The notes beneath the pieces were generated by a model, which was not told the origin of the DNA, did no database searches, and saw only the letters and a program-made list of their open reading frames with translations. From the UHGV virus genome UHGV-1375786: a stretch of DNA of 45,889 bases; one strand, given 5' to 3'. The stretch comes from a virus. A program made the translations under genes and the position numbers. Below, piece by piece: positions 27,197 through 40,138 of this stretch (position 1 is its first letter; every line of letters starts with the position of its first letter).

Positions 27197-27816
27197 AGAG
27201 AGTGATGGCTGTATATCAGATTGAAAATACAATAACCAAAGAGATTTATGTTGGTTCAACAATAAACTACATCAATAGAATTGCTGTGCATCGATACAAA
27301 ATGAGGAATGGCATGCACAGCCCACACAGGTTGTATAATGATGGAGCAAAATATGGCGAGTCATTATTCAGATTTTCAATTCTTGAAATTGTTAACGATG
27401 AATCAATGCTGCTTAGTAGAGAGCAATTCTACATAGACAAGCTAAATCCTCAATATAATATAGCAAAAATAGCCGGTACGTGCTTGGGAGTTCAGGCAAC
27501 AGATGTGGCTAAAGCTAAAATGAGCAAAAGCAGGATGGGAAAGAATAACTGCTGGCATGGGAAAACACCACCTTGCTCTATGGGCCCAAAAACAGAAGAA
27601 ACAAGAAAGAAAATATCGCAATCAAGAATTGGCGAGAAAAACCCAATGTTCGGCAGGACTCCAAAACACGCTAAGTTAACTGATGACCAGGTTAGGGAGG
27701 TGAGAACCAGACTAGCAAATGGAGAGCGCTCACAATCACTTGCTGATGAGTTTGGCGTGTCTAAAGGTGCTATCCAGCACATCAAGAAAAATCGCTCATA
27801 TAGGAATGTTTTATGA
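27193..27816 (+). CDS. GIY-YIG homing endonuclease (free-standing, with NUMOD3-like repeats and a C-terminal HTH)
   Basis: VYQIEN...EIYVGSTINYINR is a GIY-YIG motif. SRMGKNNCWHGKT and SRIGEKNPMFGRT are NUMOD3-like. AT-rich relative to neighbouring genes. ATGA overlaps at both ends. Confidence 0.85.
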   Translation: MKRVMAVYQIENTITKEIYVGSTINYINRIAVHRYKMRNGMHSPHRLYNDGAKYGESLFRFSILEIVNDESMLLSREQFYIDKLNPQYNIAKIAGTCLGVQATDVAKAKMSKSRMGKNNCWHGKTPPCSMGPKTEETRKKISQSRIGEKNPMFGRTPKHAKLTDDQVREVRTRLANGERSQSLADEFGVSKGAIQHIKKNRSYRNVL

Positions 27817-28154
27817 CCTCAATCTCTCGGTTCTCCTATACGCAACCATGCACCATCTGGCATAAGAGCGGCACGGACAAGTACGGCAAGCCAACTTTTG
27901 ACGCGCCAGTAAGTATCATGTGTGATTACGGCTTTAACGATGATATATCGACCGATGCGAAAGGCAATGAGATTGTGCAGAAGAATACTTTCTGGACAGA
28001 ATACACTGGCGCTAATGTTGGTGATTACATCATGATTGGCACGACAACAGAAGCTGACCCGCTGGCGGCTGGCGCAAATCAGATTCTGAATGTGATTAAT
28101 TATGGCAATACGTTCAATCGTGCTGAGCCGCCTGATTTTGCACTGGTGACATAA
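27813..28154 (+). CDS. putative head closure / head-tail adaptor protein (113 aa)
   Basis: Size and position upstream of the tail genes. Confidence 0.4.
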   Translation: MTSISRFSYTQPCTIWHKSGTDKYGKPTFDAPVSIMCDYGFNDDISTDAKGNEIVQKNTFWTEYTGANVGDYIMIGTTTEADPLAAGANQILNVINYGNTFNRAEPPDFALVT

Positions 28155-28552
28155 TGCCAGCGAAATTAAGAGGCGTCCGCCAAGCCGTAGAAAGAACATC
28201 GCAGATTGTGGATGAGATAATCGCCACGAAAGCTGTGCGTGCAATCAAGTCAGCGACATACATCATCCGCACCGAATCAGCCACGCTAACGCCAATCGAT
28301 ACATCAACTCTGATTAACAGTCAGTTTGATACCGTGGAAGTTAGCGGAACGCGAATCACTGGCAAGGTTGGCTATTCTGCGAAATACGCGCTGTATGTCC
28401 ACAATGCCAGCGGTAAACTCGCAGGCAAACCGCGCAGCAATGGTAACGGTACATACTGGTCGCCGGGCGGTGAACCGCAATTTTTAACCAAAGGGGCGCA
28501 GCGCACAAAAGACCTTGTTGATGGCGTGATTAAGAAGGAGATGAAACTGTGA
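28154..28552 (+). CDS. putative tail completion protein (132 aa)
   Basis: Position. TAATG overlap with the upstream gene. Confidence 0.4.
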   Translation: MPAKLRGVRQAVERTSQIVDEIIATKAVRAIKSATYIIRTESATLTPIDTSTLINSQFDTVEVSGTRITGKVGYSAKYALYVHNASGKLAGKPRSNGNGTYWSPGGEPQFLTKGAQRTKDLVDGVIKKEMKL

Positions 28553-28923
28553 ATATGCTTGAGATGGTTGATGCATATCTTCAGGATGCCGGATTATATG
28601 ATGGCTGGACTTCGCAGTTGCAGTTCTGGAATGACACCGGAGATGGAAGCGAGCAATTTATTGTTCTGCAATCCAATGGGGGTACACAGGTAATGGATGG
28701 TCTCGGCGGTGACTTCTATTTCTCGTTGTATGTTGTCGGCAAGCAGGGGCAATATAACGTTCAGGATGTTGACGCTAAAGCCAACGAGATTATCGAATAC
28801 ATCAAGACGCATCCGATTGATTCATGCGTTAACTACATTCAGTTGCAAGCGCCACTTGGAAGGCCGATGTTAACGGAAGAGAAGCGGCCTGTTCATGAGT
28901 TGCTTTTACGGGTTGTGAAATAA
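28549..28923 (+). CDS. putative tail terminator/neck protein (124 aa)
   Basis: Position. ATGA overlap with the upstream gene. Confidence 0.4.
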   Translation: MNMLEMVDAYLQDAGLYDGWTSQLQFWNDTGDGSEQFIVLQSNGGTQVMDGLGGDFYFSLYVVGKQGQYNVQDVDAKANEIIEYIKTHPIDSCVNYIQLQAPLGRPMLTEEKRPVHELLLRVVK

Positions 28924-28925
28924 AT

Positions 28926-28948
28926 AAAGCCGCACTTGGCGGCTTTTA
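28926..28948 (+). terminator. Rho-independent terminator GCCGCacttgGCGGC + T4
   Basis: Read directly. Confidence 0.75.
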
Positions 28949-28951
28949 ATT

Positions 28952-29028
28952 TGGTGGACACGGACGGACTTGAACCTTCAATCAGCCGATTATGAGTCGG
29001 TTGCTTTAACCAATTAAGCTACGCGTCC
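28952..29028 (-). tRNA. tRNA-like gene with anticodon CAU (Met or Ile2-type), 77 nt including an encoded 3' CCA
   Basis: Cloverleaf by eye: acceptor GGACGCG/CGTGTCC (one G-U), D arm GCTT-AATTGGTTA-AAGC, anticodon loop CTCATAA, T loop GTTCAAGTC, encoded CCA. One mismatch each in the anticodon and T stems. Confidence 0.55.
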
Positions 29029-29057
29029 ATAAATGCTGGTTTAAGCATTGCCAGCGT

Positions 29058-29130
29058 GCTTTCTTAATATCCAGCCCCGTAACCCATACATACCCCTACA
29101 TATGATTGCGATAATGCTGGATATTAAGTG
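29058..29130. repeat. Long inverted repeat TTCTTAATATCCAGC ... GCTGGATATTAAG (13-15 bp arms, about 41-nt loop)
   Basis: Read directly. Confidence 0.45.
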
Positions 29131-29345
29131 CTGTGGTGGCCGGTGCTGATCTCCGGCTTAGGTGCGAAACGGCACGGGTTTACGTACTGGATTCGCCGCA
29201 TTTTTATAGCGCATCAGCCTGCGCATTCACCACAACGGAAAGAGCACTGCGCGGCAACTTTCACCAAATCCGCGAGGTCTACGGGTTCAATGCTCTTACC
29301 TGTTGCGTGCCGGTTACGCGTCCGGCGTCTTTCGACCGCTAATTG
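29131..29345 (+). ncRNA. Candidate structured non-coding RNA or acquired non-coding DNA (GC-rich, multiple GC stems)
   Basis: No credible ORF. Stems GCCGG/CCGGC, GTGCgaaacgGCAC, GCGCA/TGCGC, CGCGG/CCGCG, GCCGG/CCGGC. GC content clearly above the surrounding phage DNA. Confidence 0.25.
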
Positions 29346-29403
29346 TAATTGAAGGATTGGATGTAATTAAATGAAATCATGGAACCAATCTCTGTTAAAT
29401 CCT

Positions 29404-29450
29404 AATCTACACCACAAAATAATCACTGTCAACACCTGTGATATAATCAC
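29404..29450 (+). promoter_or_regulatory. Tail-operon promoter: box AATCTACACCAC ... GTCAACACC ... TGaTATAAT (perfect extended -10)
   Basis: Read directly. The major tail gene starts at 29484 with a GGAGA RBS. Confidence 0.6.
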
Positions 29451-29483
29451 CACGTTAGCAGCTAACACAATTCGGAGATCGAA

Positions 29484-30200
29484 ATGGCTATTTGTGCAAA
29501 TGATAAAGGCGTTCTGGTCGGTCGCATGACCCGACTGTTCCTTGCTGAAGGGTGCGGCGACGCAGTTCCTGATGCAGAAGACTGGAAGTATTTAGGTTCA
29601 ACCACCAGCAAAGGCGTTGACTACTCTCCGCAGACTACCACGTCGGAGGCGGATACTGCTGGCGGTTTTGTTTCCACTCTCGTTACCAGCTCTGATATGA
29701 CCATCAGCGCAGAGGTTGAAATCCGCAAGAATGACCCGAGCGATGAGTTTGGTTTCCATCGGCTTGTTGAGATTTACGCCACTGAACTGAAAGCTCGTCG
29801 TCAGCCTTCCTTGTGGGTGCGTGAGGTCACTGGTGCGACTATCGTTACCGCGTACTGCAACATCACCAGCATCAGCTACGAAGGTGGCACTAACGACATC
29901 GTAACCGGCAGCCTTGAGTTCAAGGTTTACGATTCTGACAGCGTTACCGTAGAAAGCCTTGAGCCTCTGGCATTCACTACCGACCTGCAATCAACTGGCA
30001 GCACTGGCAGCCCGTTAACTGTTGCTGTTGAAGGTGGTGTCGCACCATACACCTACGTTTGGCGCAAAGATGGTGTGGTTGTTGGCGGTGAGTCTGGCGC
30101 ATCACTGGCAAACCCTACAGCTGGCGTGTATACCGTCACGGTAACTGACTCGTCTACTGACCCGGAAATTATTATCAGTACAGCTTGCACCGTATCCTGA
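29484..30200 (+). CDS. major tail (tube) protein with C-terminal Ig-like domain
   Basis: 238 aa, Thr/Ser/Val-rich beta protein. The C-terminal part (~80 aa, SLEPLAFTTD...VTVTD) is Ig-like/Big-type. Strong promoter and terminator. Confidence 0.75.
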   Translation: MAICANDKGVLVGRMTRLFLAEGCGDAVPDAEDWKYLGSTTSKGVDYSPQTTTSEADTAGGFVSTLVTSSDMTISAEVEIRKNDPSDEFGFHRLVEIYATELKARRQPSLWVREVTGATIVTAYCNITSISYEGGTNDIVTGSLEFKVYDSDSVTVESLEPLAFTTDLQSTGSTGSPLTVAVEGGVAPYTYVWRKDGVVVGGESGASLANPTAGVYTVTVTDSSTDPEIIISTACTVS

Positions 30201-30204
30201 TAAA

Positions 30205-30236
30205 GAAAAAGCCCCGAAAGGGGCTTTGTTTTATTC
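30205..30236. terminator. Bidirectional terminator AAGCCCCgaaaGGGGCTT
   Basis: Read directly. Confidence 0.7.
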
Positions 30237-30428
30237 TTGTGGTGGCTCTGGTAGTGGCATCCAGTGGGTGATATCATCAGGACAGACTGTTCGATAGCCA
30301 CCATCCACCCAACTATCCCAATACCCATCGCAATCTAACCACATAACCTCCACATAAATTCCATCTGTAACAAGAACATCGATAAAGTCATCAGGCGTCC
30401 GCTCACTACACTTAATCCACTTGCTCAT
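30231..30428 (-). CDS. hypothetical protein (65 aa), Trp/Asp-rich
   Basis: ORF ending at the terminator. ATGA coupling with the upstream gene. Confidence 0.45.
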   Translation of the reverse strand: MSKWIKCSERTPDDFIDVLVTDGIYVEVMWLDCDGYWDSWVDGGYRTVCPDDITHWMPLPEPPQE

Positions 30429-30568
30429 ATCACCTTATCCTCATCAAAAATCACACCAATCACACGAAGCAAGTCTTTCGCCATCCGTTCAGCTTCTTCG
30501 TAGTCATAACCTGCATCGACATACAAATCAGTGTAGAAAATCAGGTCTGCTTTTGTCTGCTCGTTCAT
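30425..30568 (-). CDS. hypothetical small acidic protein (47 aa)
   Basis: ATGA overlaps on both sides. Confidence 0.35.
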   Translation of the reverse strand: MNEQTKADLIFYTDLYVDAGYDYEEAERMAKDLLRVIGVIFDEDKVI

Positions 30569-30759
30569 TTCTTGTCGCCACTGTTAACTAATGCCCAAAC
30601 AAGTGCTGCAACCCACCCAATAAAGCTCCATCCGACAAGAATATTCAATACACAGATTGCGGTCGTATTTGTGTGCTTTCTTTGCAATGCCACAAATGAC
30701 GGGAGAAGATAAGCGAATATCACCAAACCAACAAAAAACAACAAAATAACAACGTCCAT
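30565..30759 (-). CDS. small inner-membrane protein, superinfection-immunity (Imm)-like (64 aa)
   Basis: Two TM helices. Motif NILVGWSFIGWVAALVWAL resembles the Imm/SIM family pattern. Confidence 0.45.
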   Translation of the reverse strand: MDVVILLFFVGLVIFAYLLPSFVALQRKHTNTTAICVLNILVGWSFIGWVAALVWALVNSGDKK

Positions 30760-30791
30760 AGCTAACCTCAACTGTTAATAACTTGTTTATA

Positions 30792-31085
30792 TTACATGCC
30801 GTTCTTTTCGCACAAAGCAACAGATACATCACGCAATTGCTCTTTAGTCATATCCTTGCGTGCATAAACCATTTCTACGATAGCAAGTCCGATTATTTCT
30901 GCTGATTCGTTGTTTTTTGCTGAGCCTTTTACTACCACCTCGGCAAGATTCTTGCTGATACCGTTATCGCGAGCATCGGCAGTGTTCATGGCGATTTCCC
31001 CGATGTTTTTGCAAACCTCAGAGGTTGCGCTTACCGCAAAGGAGGAAGTAAATAGCACTGATGCAATCAACGTTTTAATTTTCAT
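30792..31085 (-). CDS. secreted/periplasmic protein with signal peptide (97 aa)
   Basis: N-terminal MKIKTLIASVLFTSSFAVSA is a signal peptide. Confidence 0.5.
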   Translation of the reverse strand: MKIKTLIASVLFTSSFAVSATSEVCKNIGEIAMNTADARDNGISKNLAEVVVKGSAKNNESAEIIGLAIVEMVYARKDMTKEQLRDVSVALCEKNGM

Positions 31086-31127
31086 AACTCACCTCATTTA
31101 TTCATCACTCGTTTCGATGACTTGAAT

Positions 31128-31180
31128 CTACATCACCACCTCACAGGTGTCAACACCACTGAGATGATATAATCAACATC
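31128..31180 (+). promoter_or_regulatory. Promoter: box AATCTACATCACC ... GTCAACACC ... TGaTATAAT, for the chaperone/TMP operon
   Basis: Same tripartite arrangement as at 29404. Confidence 0.55.
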
Positions 31181-31193
31181 AGTCAAATTCAGG

Positions 31194-31910
31194 ATGCAAA
31201 ACATGAGCAATCGCACGCCACTAACAGAAATCGGGGAGATGCGCATCTCGCTTTCCGACAGGAGTTTTTTCTTTAAGCCATCATTCCGCGCTATGAATGA
31301 AATCGGCACACCAAAAGAAATCGTAGAGGTGTACGCCAGACTCAACGGCATTGATTATGTTGCGCCATTGCAGCACGTCGAATACCTGCCATTTGGTGCG
31401 CAGATGCATGTCATGAAGACCATCAGCAAGCCTGTTTATGGTCGTCATGTGCTTAGTGCGGCCTATATCGTCATGCAGTCATGTTGTGAGGATGATGTTT
31501 CCGTGCTGATTGGTGGATGGAAGCCAACACCGCGCGGCGTGCGATATGTTCCAGGCATCATGCCAGTGAGCGACATTATTATTATTGCGCGCAACCTGAT
31601 GCAGCATGGCATCATCGGTAAGTCACCACTCAAAGTACCTGAACGTCTGGAAGAGCAAGGCAAGAAAACAACAAACGAGTTTCATGCGTCGCAATACATC
31701 ATCTCAGCACGCACGCATTTCGACATGACGCGTAATGAGGCTGAAAACCTGTCTATGACAGAGTTTCAGATGATGATTAAGAATAAATATCCAGAGCCGA
31801 AAGGGTTAACGAAAGAAGAGCGCGCGGCAGAGTACGATCAGGCTAAAGCAGACCGTGAGCGCATGAAGGCACTGGCTGAACGCAAAGCGAAAAAAGCGAG
31901 GAATACATAA
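31194..31910 (+). CDS. tail assembly chaperone (G/GT-like), apparently a single in-frame 238-aa product
   Basis: Position between the major tail protein and the tape measure. Lys/Glu/Arg-rich C-terminal tail. Confidence 0.45.
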   Translation: MQNMSNRTPLTEIGEMRISLSDRSFFFKPSFRAMNEIGTPKEIVEVYARLNGIDYVAPLQHVEYLPFGAQMHVMKTISKPVYGRHVLSAAYIVMQSCCEDDVSVLIGGWKPTPRGVRYVPGIMPVSDIIIIARNLMQHGIIGKSPLKVPERLEEQGKKTTNEFHASQYIISARTHFDMTRNEAENLSMTEFQMMIKNKYPEPKGLTKEERAAEYDQAKADRERMKALAERKAKKARNT

Positions 31911-34251
31911 TGGCTGAAGAAGTCGGCGGAATTGTCTATGAAGTCGGGATGGATGTTAAAGGCCTGAAAGCTGGCGCGACAACAGCCAATAAGACTTTAG
32001 ATGACCTTGAATCATCAACCAACAAAACCACAAGCGCGCTTGGCAAGCTGGATAAAAATGCCAGAAATGCTGGCAGCGGAATGAAGAATGCTGGCGGCGC
32101 AGCTTCAGGACTCAAGACCAGTATGTCGATGCTGGCTGGCGCAATATCCGTGTCACTGATTATCGAGTGGGGCAAGCGATTCCTTGAGGTTGCAGATAAC
32201 ATGACACAGCTTCAGGCAAGGATTGCTCGCCTGTCAACTGATGCGAAAACCGCGAATGAAACATTCAGCACACTGGCAAATATCGCCTCAACCACTGGAG
32301 CAAGCCTCAGCGACACCACGAAGCTGTGGGAAACATTGACGTCATCACTGAAAGAGGCTGGCGCAACAAATGCGCAGGTTCTTAACCTTACAGATACCCT
32401 GCAAAAAATAGGTAGAATCGGCGGATCATCAACTGAAGAAATGGCTAACGCCTTACGTCAGTTCGGTCAGTCAATCGCATCTGGTACAATCCGCGCCGAA
32501 GAATTTAACTCCATTCTTGAGCAGATGCCTGAACTTGCACGCCAGATTGCGTCTGGGCTTGGCATTTCAATGGGTGAGCTTCGAGCCAGAATGCTTGACG
32601 GCAAACTGACGGCGGAAGATGCACTGAACGCCATTCAGGACAGAACAAGCGTCGTCAATGCTGAGTTTGAAAAACTTCCTCGCACAATGGATCAGGCCGT
32701 TGGTTCTCTTGAGGTTTCATTCTCCAAACTTGTGGTTGCTGTTAACGATGCGACTGGCGCATCAAAAACAGCAGTAGAGATTATCGACCAGCTGGCAAAA
32801 TACATTGATTTCCTAGGTGACAAATCAACCAGCACAAGCGATAAGGTTTTATCTCTCGCCACGGTTATCTCGAAGTTAAACCCCGGCGCATGGGCGCAAA
32901 TGGGAGTTGATGCGCTTTTTGGTGATGACGATATTGAAAAGCAAAAGCAATATAACGAACAGGTTGAGCGATTCGTTAAGGCATCGGCGGAAGGTTACGA
33001 ACAGACAAAAAAACAGGCTGAAGCAACAAAACACCTGAAGATTGCACAAGCACCAACAAAAGACAAAAAAGGAAAAGGAAAGGGCAAAAGCGCCGAAGAG
33101 CGACAAGCTGAGTCAGTCGCTGAAAAGCTGGAGAAATTACGCCAGCAAACCATGCTCAATGCAACATCTACCAGCGAACTATCCCGCGAGCAAGCCATCC
33201 TCAATGCGCAGCAATCGCTTGGCAAAGCCGCCACTCAGGAGCAAATAAAACTGGCTGGTGAGTACGCTGCACAGATTTGGGATCAGAAAAATGCACTGAA
33301 GGAGCAGGCTGCTGCGGAGAAGAAAAGGATAGATGCAGTAAAAGGTTACAGCGCATTAAAATCGCAAACCTCACCAATGTTTGCTGTTGAAACGTCATAT
33401 CAGAAGGATATGGCTGATTTGGATGCGTATGCCAAAGCATATCCTCAAAAGATGGCAGAGATACAGCAAACCAGAGCTACCATTGAAGAGCAGTACAGAC
33501 AGCAAAGAATTGATGCCATGTGGCAGGAATGGAGCCAGCAGAATGCAGCCACACAAGCAGCCGCAGCAGCATTTGATGCTTTTGGGCAGACGGCTGGAAA
33601 CGCGCTAACTGGCATCCTCACTGGCTCAATGTCTGTATCAGATGCTCTGCGATCAATTGGTTCAAACATCCTGTCCAGTGTCATCAATGCGTTTGTGCAA
33701 ATGGGTATTCAGTGGGCGCAGTCGGTGATAATGGGTCAAGCTGGCATGGCGGCGGCTTCTGCTGCAACAATTGCTCAAGCTGCAGCAATATCGGCCGCAA
33801 TGGCTCCCGCCGCAGCAATGACATCTCTCGCAACTGCTGGCACAAACTCAGCGCCCGCTATGGCTGGCATGTCTGCAACAGTTGGTCTTGCAAAAACGCT
33901 ATCCATTGCTGGCGCTCTGAAAAACGGTGGTCCCGCGCAGGAAGGTTCAATGTACCGCGTCGGCGAGAACAACCTACCTGAGATATTCCAGGCGTCAAAC
34001 GGTCATCAGTACATGATACCGGGCGATAGTGGTCGTGTTATCAGCAACAAAGACATTACCGGAGGTGGCAGTGGCGTTGTGGTTTATAATAACGTCATCA
34101 ATAACAGCTCAGCGCAGGTTAGCAGCAGCGCCAGAGATAACGGTGACGGCAGCGTGACAATTGAGACGATTGTGAGTGATATCGAAAATAACGGCGCGAT
34201 AGGGCAGGCTATTTCAAGAAATTACTCAACAAACCGGAGAGCAACCGAATA

Positions 34252-34252
<1 letters not shown>
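31910..34252 (+). CDS. tail tape measure protein
   Basis: 780 aa, Ala/Gln/Gly-rich, coiled-coil segments, hydrophobic Gly/Ala/Met-rich segment near the C-terminus. Confidence 0.85.
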
Positions 34253-38053
<3,801 letters not shown>

Positions 38054-38092
38054 TACAATATACATCAAATTCACAAAGGAGCATTTATTATA

Positions 38093-40102
38093 ATGGCTAC
38101 CACACCAACCAATAAACCAATTCCATCGGAAGATCCACGCGACCTCAAGTTTAATGCCGGGAAGATTGACGAATTTGTTAACTCTGATGATGATTATTAT
38201 TTTGATAGATTTGGAGTGAATAGATTTACTGTTGAGGGACTAAAACAACTCACTCTCCAGCAAATATACAGTCTAGGATGGAACCCTGCAGGCACATTCC
38301 AGGGGGGTGTCACGCTGAATGCGGCTGGAGATATCATTCAGGACGAGTCTACTGGTATCTGGTACAGATGGGATGATTTAAGTACATTGCCAAAAAATGT
38401 ACCGTCTGGATCAACTCCAGATTCTACTGGTGGTGTTGGTGAAGGCAAGTGGTTGGCGGTTGATGTAAGTGACGTTCTTAAAAAAGATATCAATCTTGTC
38501 ACGCGTTATTTCTCAAATGTAAGTGAAATGGTAAGAGAAGGCGGTGAAATTGGACAGAGAATTGTTACTCATGGTTATTACACAGCTTTTGATGGCGGTG
38601 GAGCGGAGTACGTCATAACGTCAGGGGTGCCTAATCAAGACTACTCTGATGCAGGCTCGATTGTTATATCAGATAACTCTTTCGCAAAGCTCGTCCAAAA
38701 ACCCCAATTTGACCTTAAACAGTTCGGAGTAAAACCATCCGACGCGTCTGCGGCAGCGGATAATGATGTATTTATCGCTCAGGCAATAATGCGTTCACGC
38801 TTCGGGTTCTGCAAAATAACTATATCCGACGTCGTATACCATAAAAAGCCTTTAGTGTTTGATTACTATAACCACCTGGAAGGTAATACTATTGGTGGTG
38901 ATGCAAGTTACACTCCGCGATTCCGAAAGATCGATAACACGACAAGCGGAATTGCACCGCTGGCGTATCCCAATGTCAGTGATACCGTGAACTATGATGT
39001 AGACGCTGGAATAATTTTGAAGCGGCAGAATGCGGCAACGGATTATTGTCGAGGCGTTGTTTTAAAAGGCTTCCTTTTGGAGTCAATGGCAAAGTCATCA
39101 TGGGCTATCTACGCTCCCCACGCTTCTGATTTTGATATCGATATCGATAGCCGTGGTTTTAACGGCGGAATCCGAGGCAACGTCAACTTTTTAGGGAGAT
39201 ACGCCGGTCGTCATGTGGGGCTTGGTGAGAATGCGGTAGACCATACGCTTGCTATCGGTCTATGGCTTAGTCATTTCTCAACCAACCTCGACTGCGGTAA
39301 TTCGGTTACTTTTCGCAATTCATTTAACGGATTCAATAGAGCTATGCAGGTTGAGTATTTTGGGAACGGAATATTAGATCGGGTGACATTTGAGAACATA
39401 AAAAAACATACTAGTGGAGCACCATCGACGTCCGGTATTTACGCAACCAACAGCTGGTTTAGCGGTCAAATTTCGTGCGAGAGTTCCTCCACTTGCATCA
39501 TCCGTGCTGGCAGTAACGCGAACTTCGATATTACCCTTAGTGCGGTATCCCATGTTACGCAAGATGATTCTTCCGAGGGTATTGTTCATGTATTAAATGG
39601 AGGCCGCCTAACTCTGCGTTCATCTACAATTCTTGCTGATTTGGCAGATACAAAAATCATTAATGAGAATGGAGGTTATCTCGATATTGCTGCAAATACC
39701 AGAACAGGAAATATTGTTTATTCAAATAGTGATAATTACAGATTCAAAGACAGAACTATTGGTTTTGGTCAGACTTCAGCAACCACAAAAACAACCTTTT
39801 CTTCTGGTGAAGAGATTACATTTTCACTACTAAACGGAATGCCGAAGGCGGAGCTATCTGGCGGGACGATACAGTTTTACTCTCCAGGCTTGATTAAAAT
39901 CACTGTGCAGGGGAGGGGCATAACATCAGGAGCGCTTACTTTTGGGATAAATGGAGCATCTTCAGAGAGCGTTGGTCAGGGACAGCAGGTTTCTATGGTT
40001 GTCGGAGTGGCGCCCGGTGACATTCTTAACCTAAAGGCAACCTCCTCGCTGACGTTGGGATCTGCAGGAGGGGTACGGGTACTTCTTGAACCTGTGTTTT
40101 AA
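38093..40102 (+). CDS. tailspike / tail fiber protein (receptor-binding, beta-helix-like)
   Basis: 669 aa, last structural gene. Lower GC. Gly/Asn/Ser-rich repetitive beta pattern. Confidence 0.6.
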   Translation: MATTPTNKPIPSEDPRDLKFNAGKIDEFVNSDDDYYFDRFGVNRFTVEGLKQLTLQQIYSLGWNPAGTFQGGVTLNAAGDIIQDESTGIWYRWDDLSTLPKNVPSGSTPDSTGGVGEGKWLAVDVSDVLKKDINLVTRYFSNVSEMVREGGEIGQRIVTHGYYTAFDGGGAEYVITSGVPNQDYSDAGSIVISDNSFAKLVQKPQFDLKQFGVKPSDASAAADNDVFIAQAIMRSRFGFCKITISDVVYHKKPLVFDYYNHLEGNTIGGDASYTPRFRKIDNTTSGIAPLAYPNVSDTVNYDVDAGIILKRQNAATDYCRGVVLKGFLLESMAKSSWAIYAPHASDFDIDIDSRGFNGGIRGNVNFLGRYAGRHVGLGENAVDHTLAIGLWLSHFSTNLDCGNSVTFRNSFNGFNRAMQVEYFGNGILDRVTFENIKKHTSGAPSTSGIYATNSWFSGQISCESSSTCIIRAGSNANFDITLSAVSHVTQDDSSEGIVHVLNGGRLTLRSSTILADLADTKIINENGGYLDIAANTRTGNIVYSNSDNYRFKDRTIGFGQTSATTKTTFSSGEEITFSLLNGMPKAELSGGTIQFYSPGLIKITVQGRGITSGALTFGINGASSESVGQGQQVSMVVGVAPGDILNLKATSSLTLGSAGGVRVLLEPVF

Positions 40103-40104
40103 AC

Positions 40105-40136
40105 TTAAAACCCCGCTTCGGCGGGGTTATTTTTAT
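40105..40136. terminator. Bidirectional terminator AAAACCCCGCttcgGCGGGGTT + T-run
   Basis: Read directly, between convergent modules. Confidence 0.8.
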
Positions 40137-40138
40137 CA

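Noticed and set aside
29128-29352. 74-aa and 69-aa ORFs in the GC-rich stretch after the tRNA
   Set aside because: No RBS, Arg/Cys-rich unnatural composition and two overlapping frames. The region is better explained as non-coding structured RNA or DNA.
31936-33687. Several antisense or alternative-frame ORFs (for example 31936-32202, 32876-33106, 33201-33440, 33445-33687) within the tape-measure gene
   Set aside because: Shadow frames in a repetitive Ala/Gln-rich gene. There are no translation signals.
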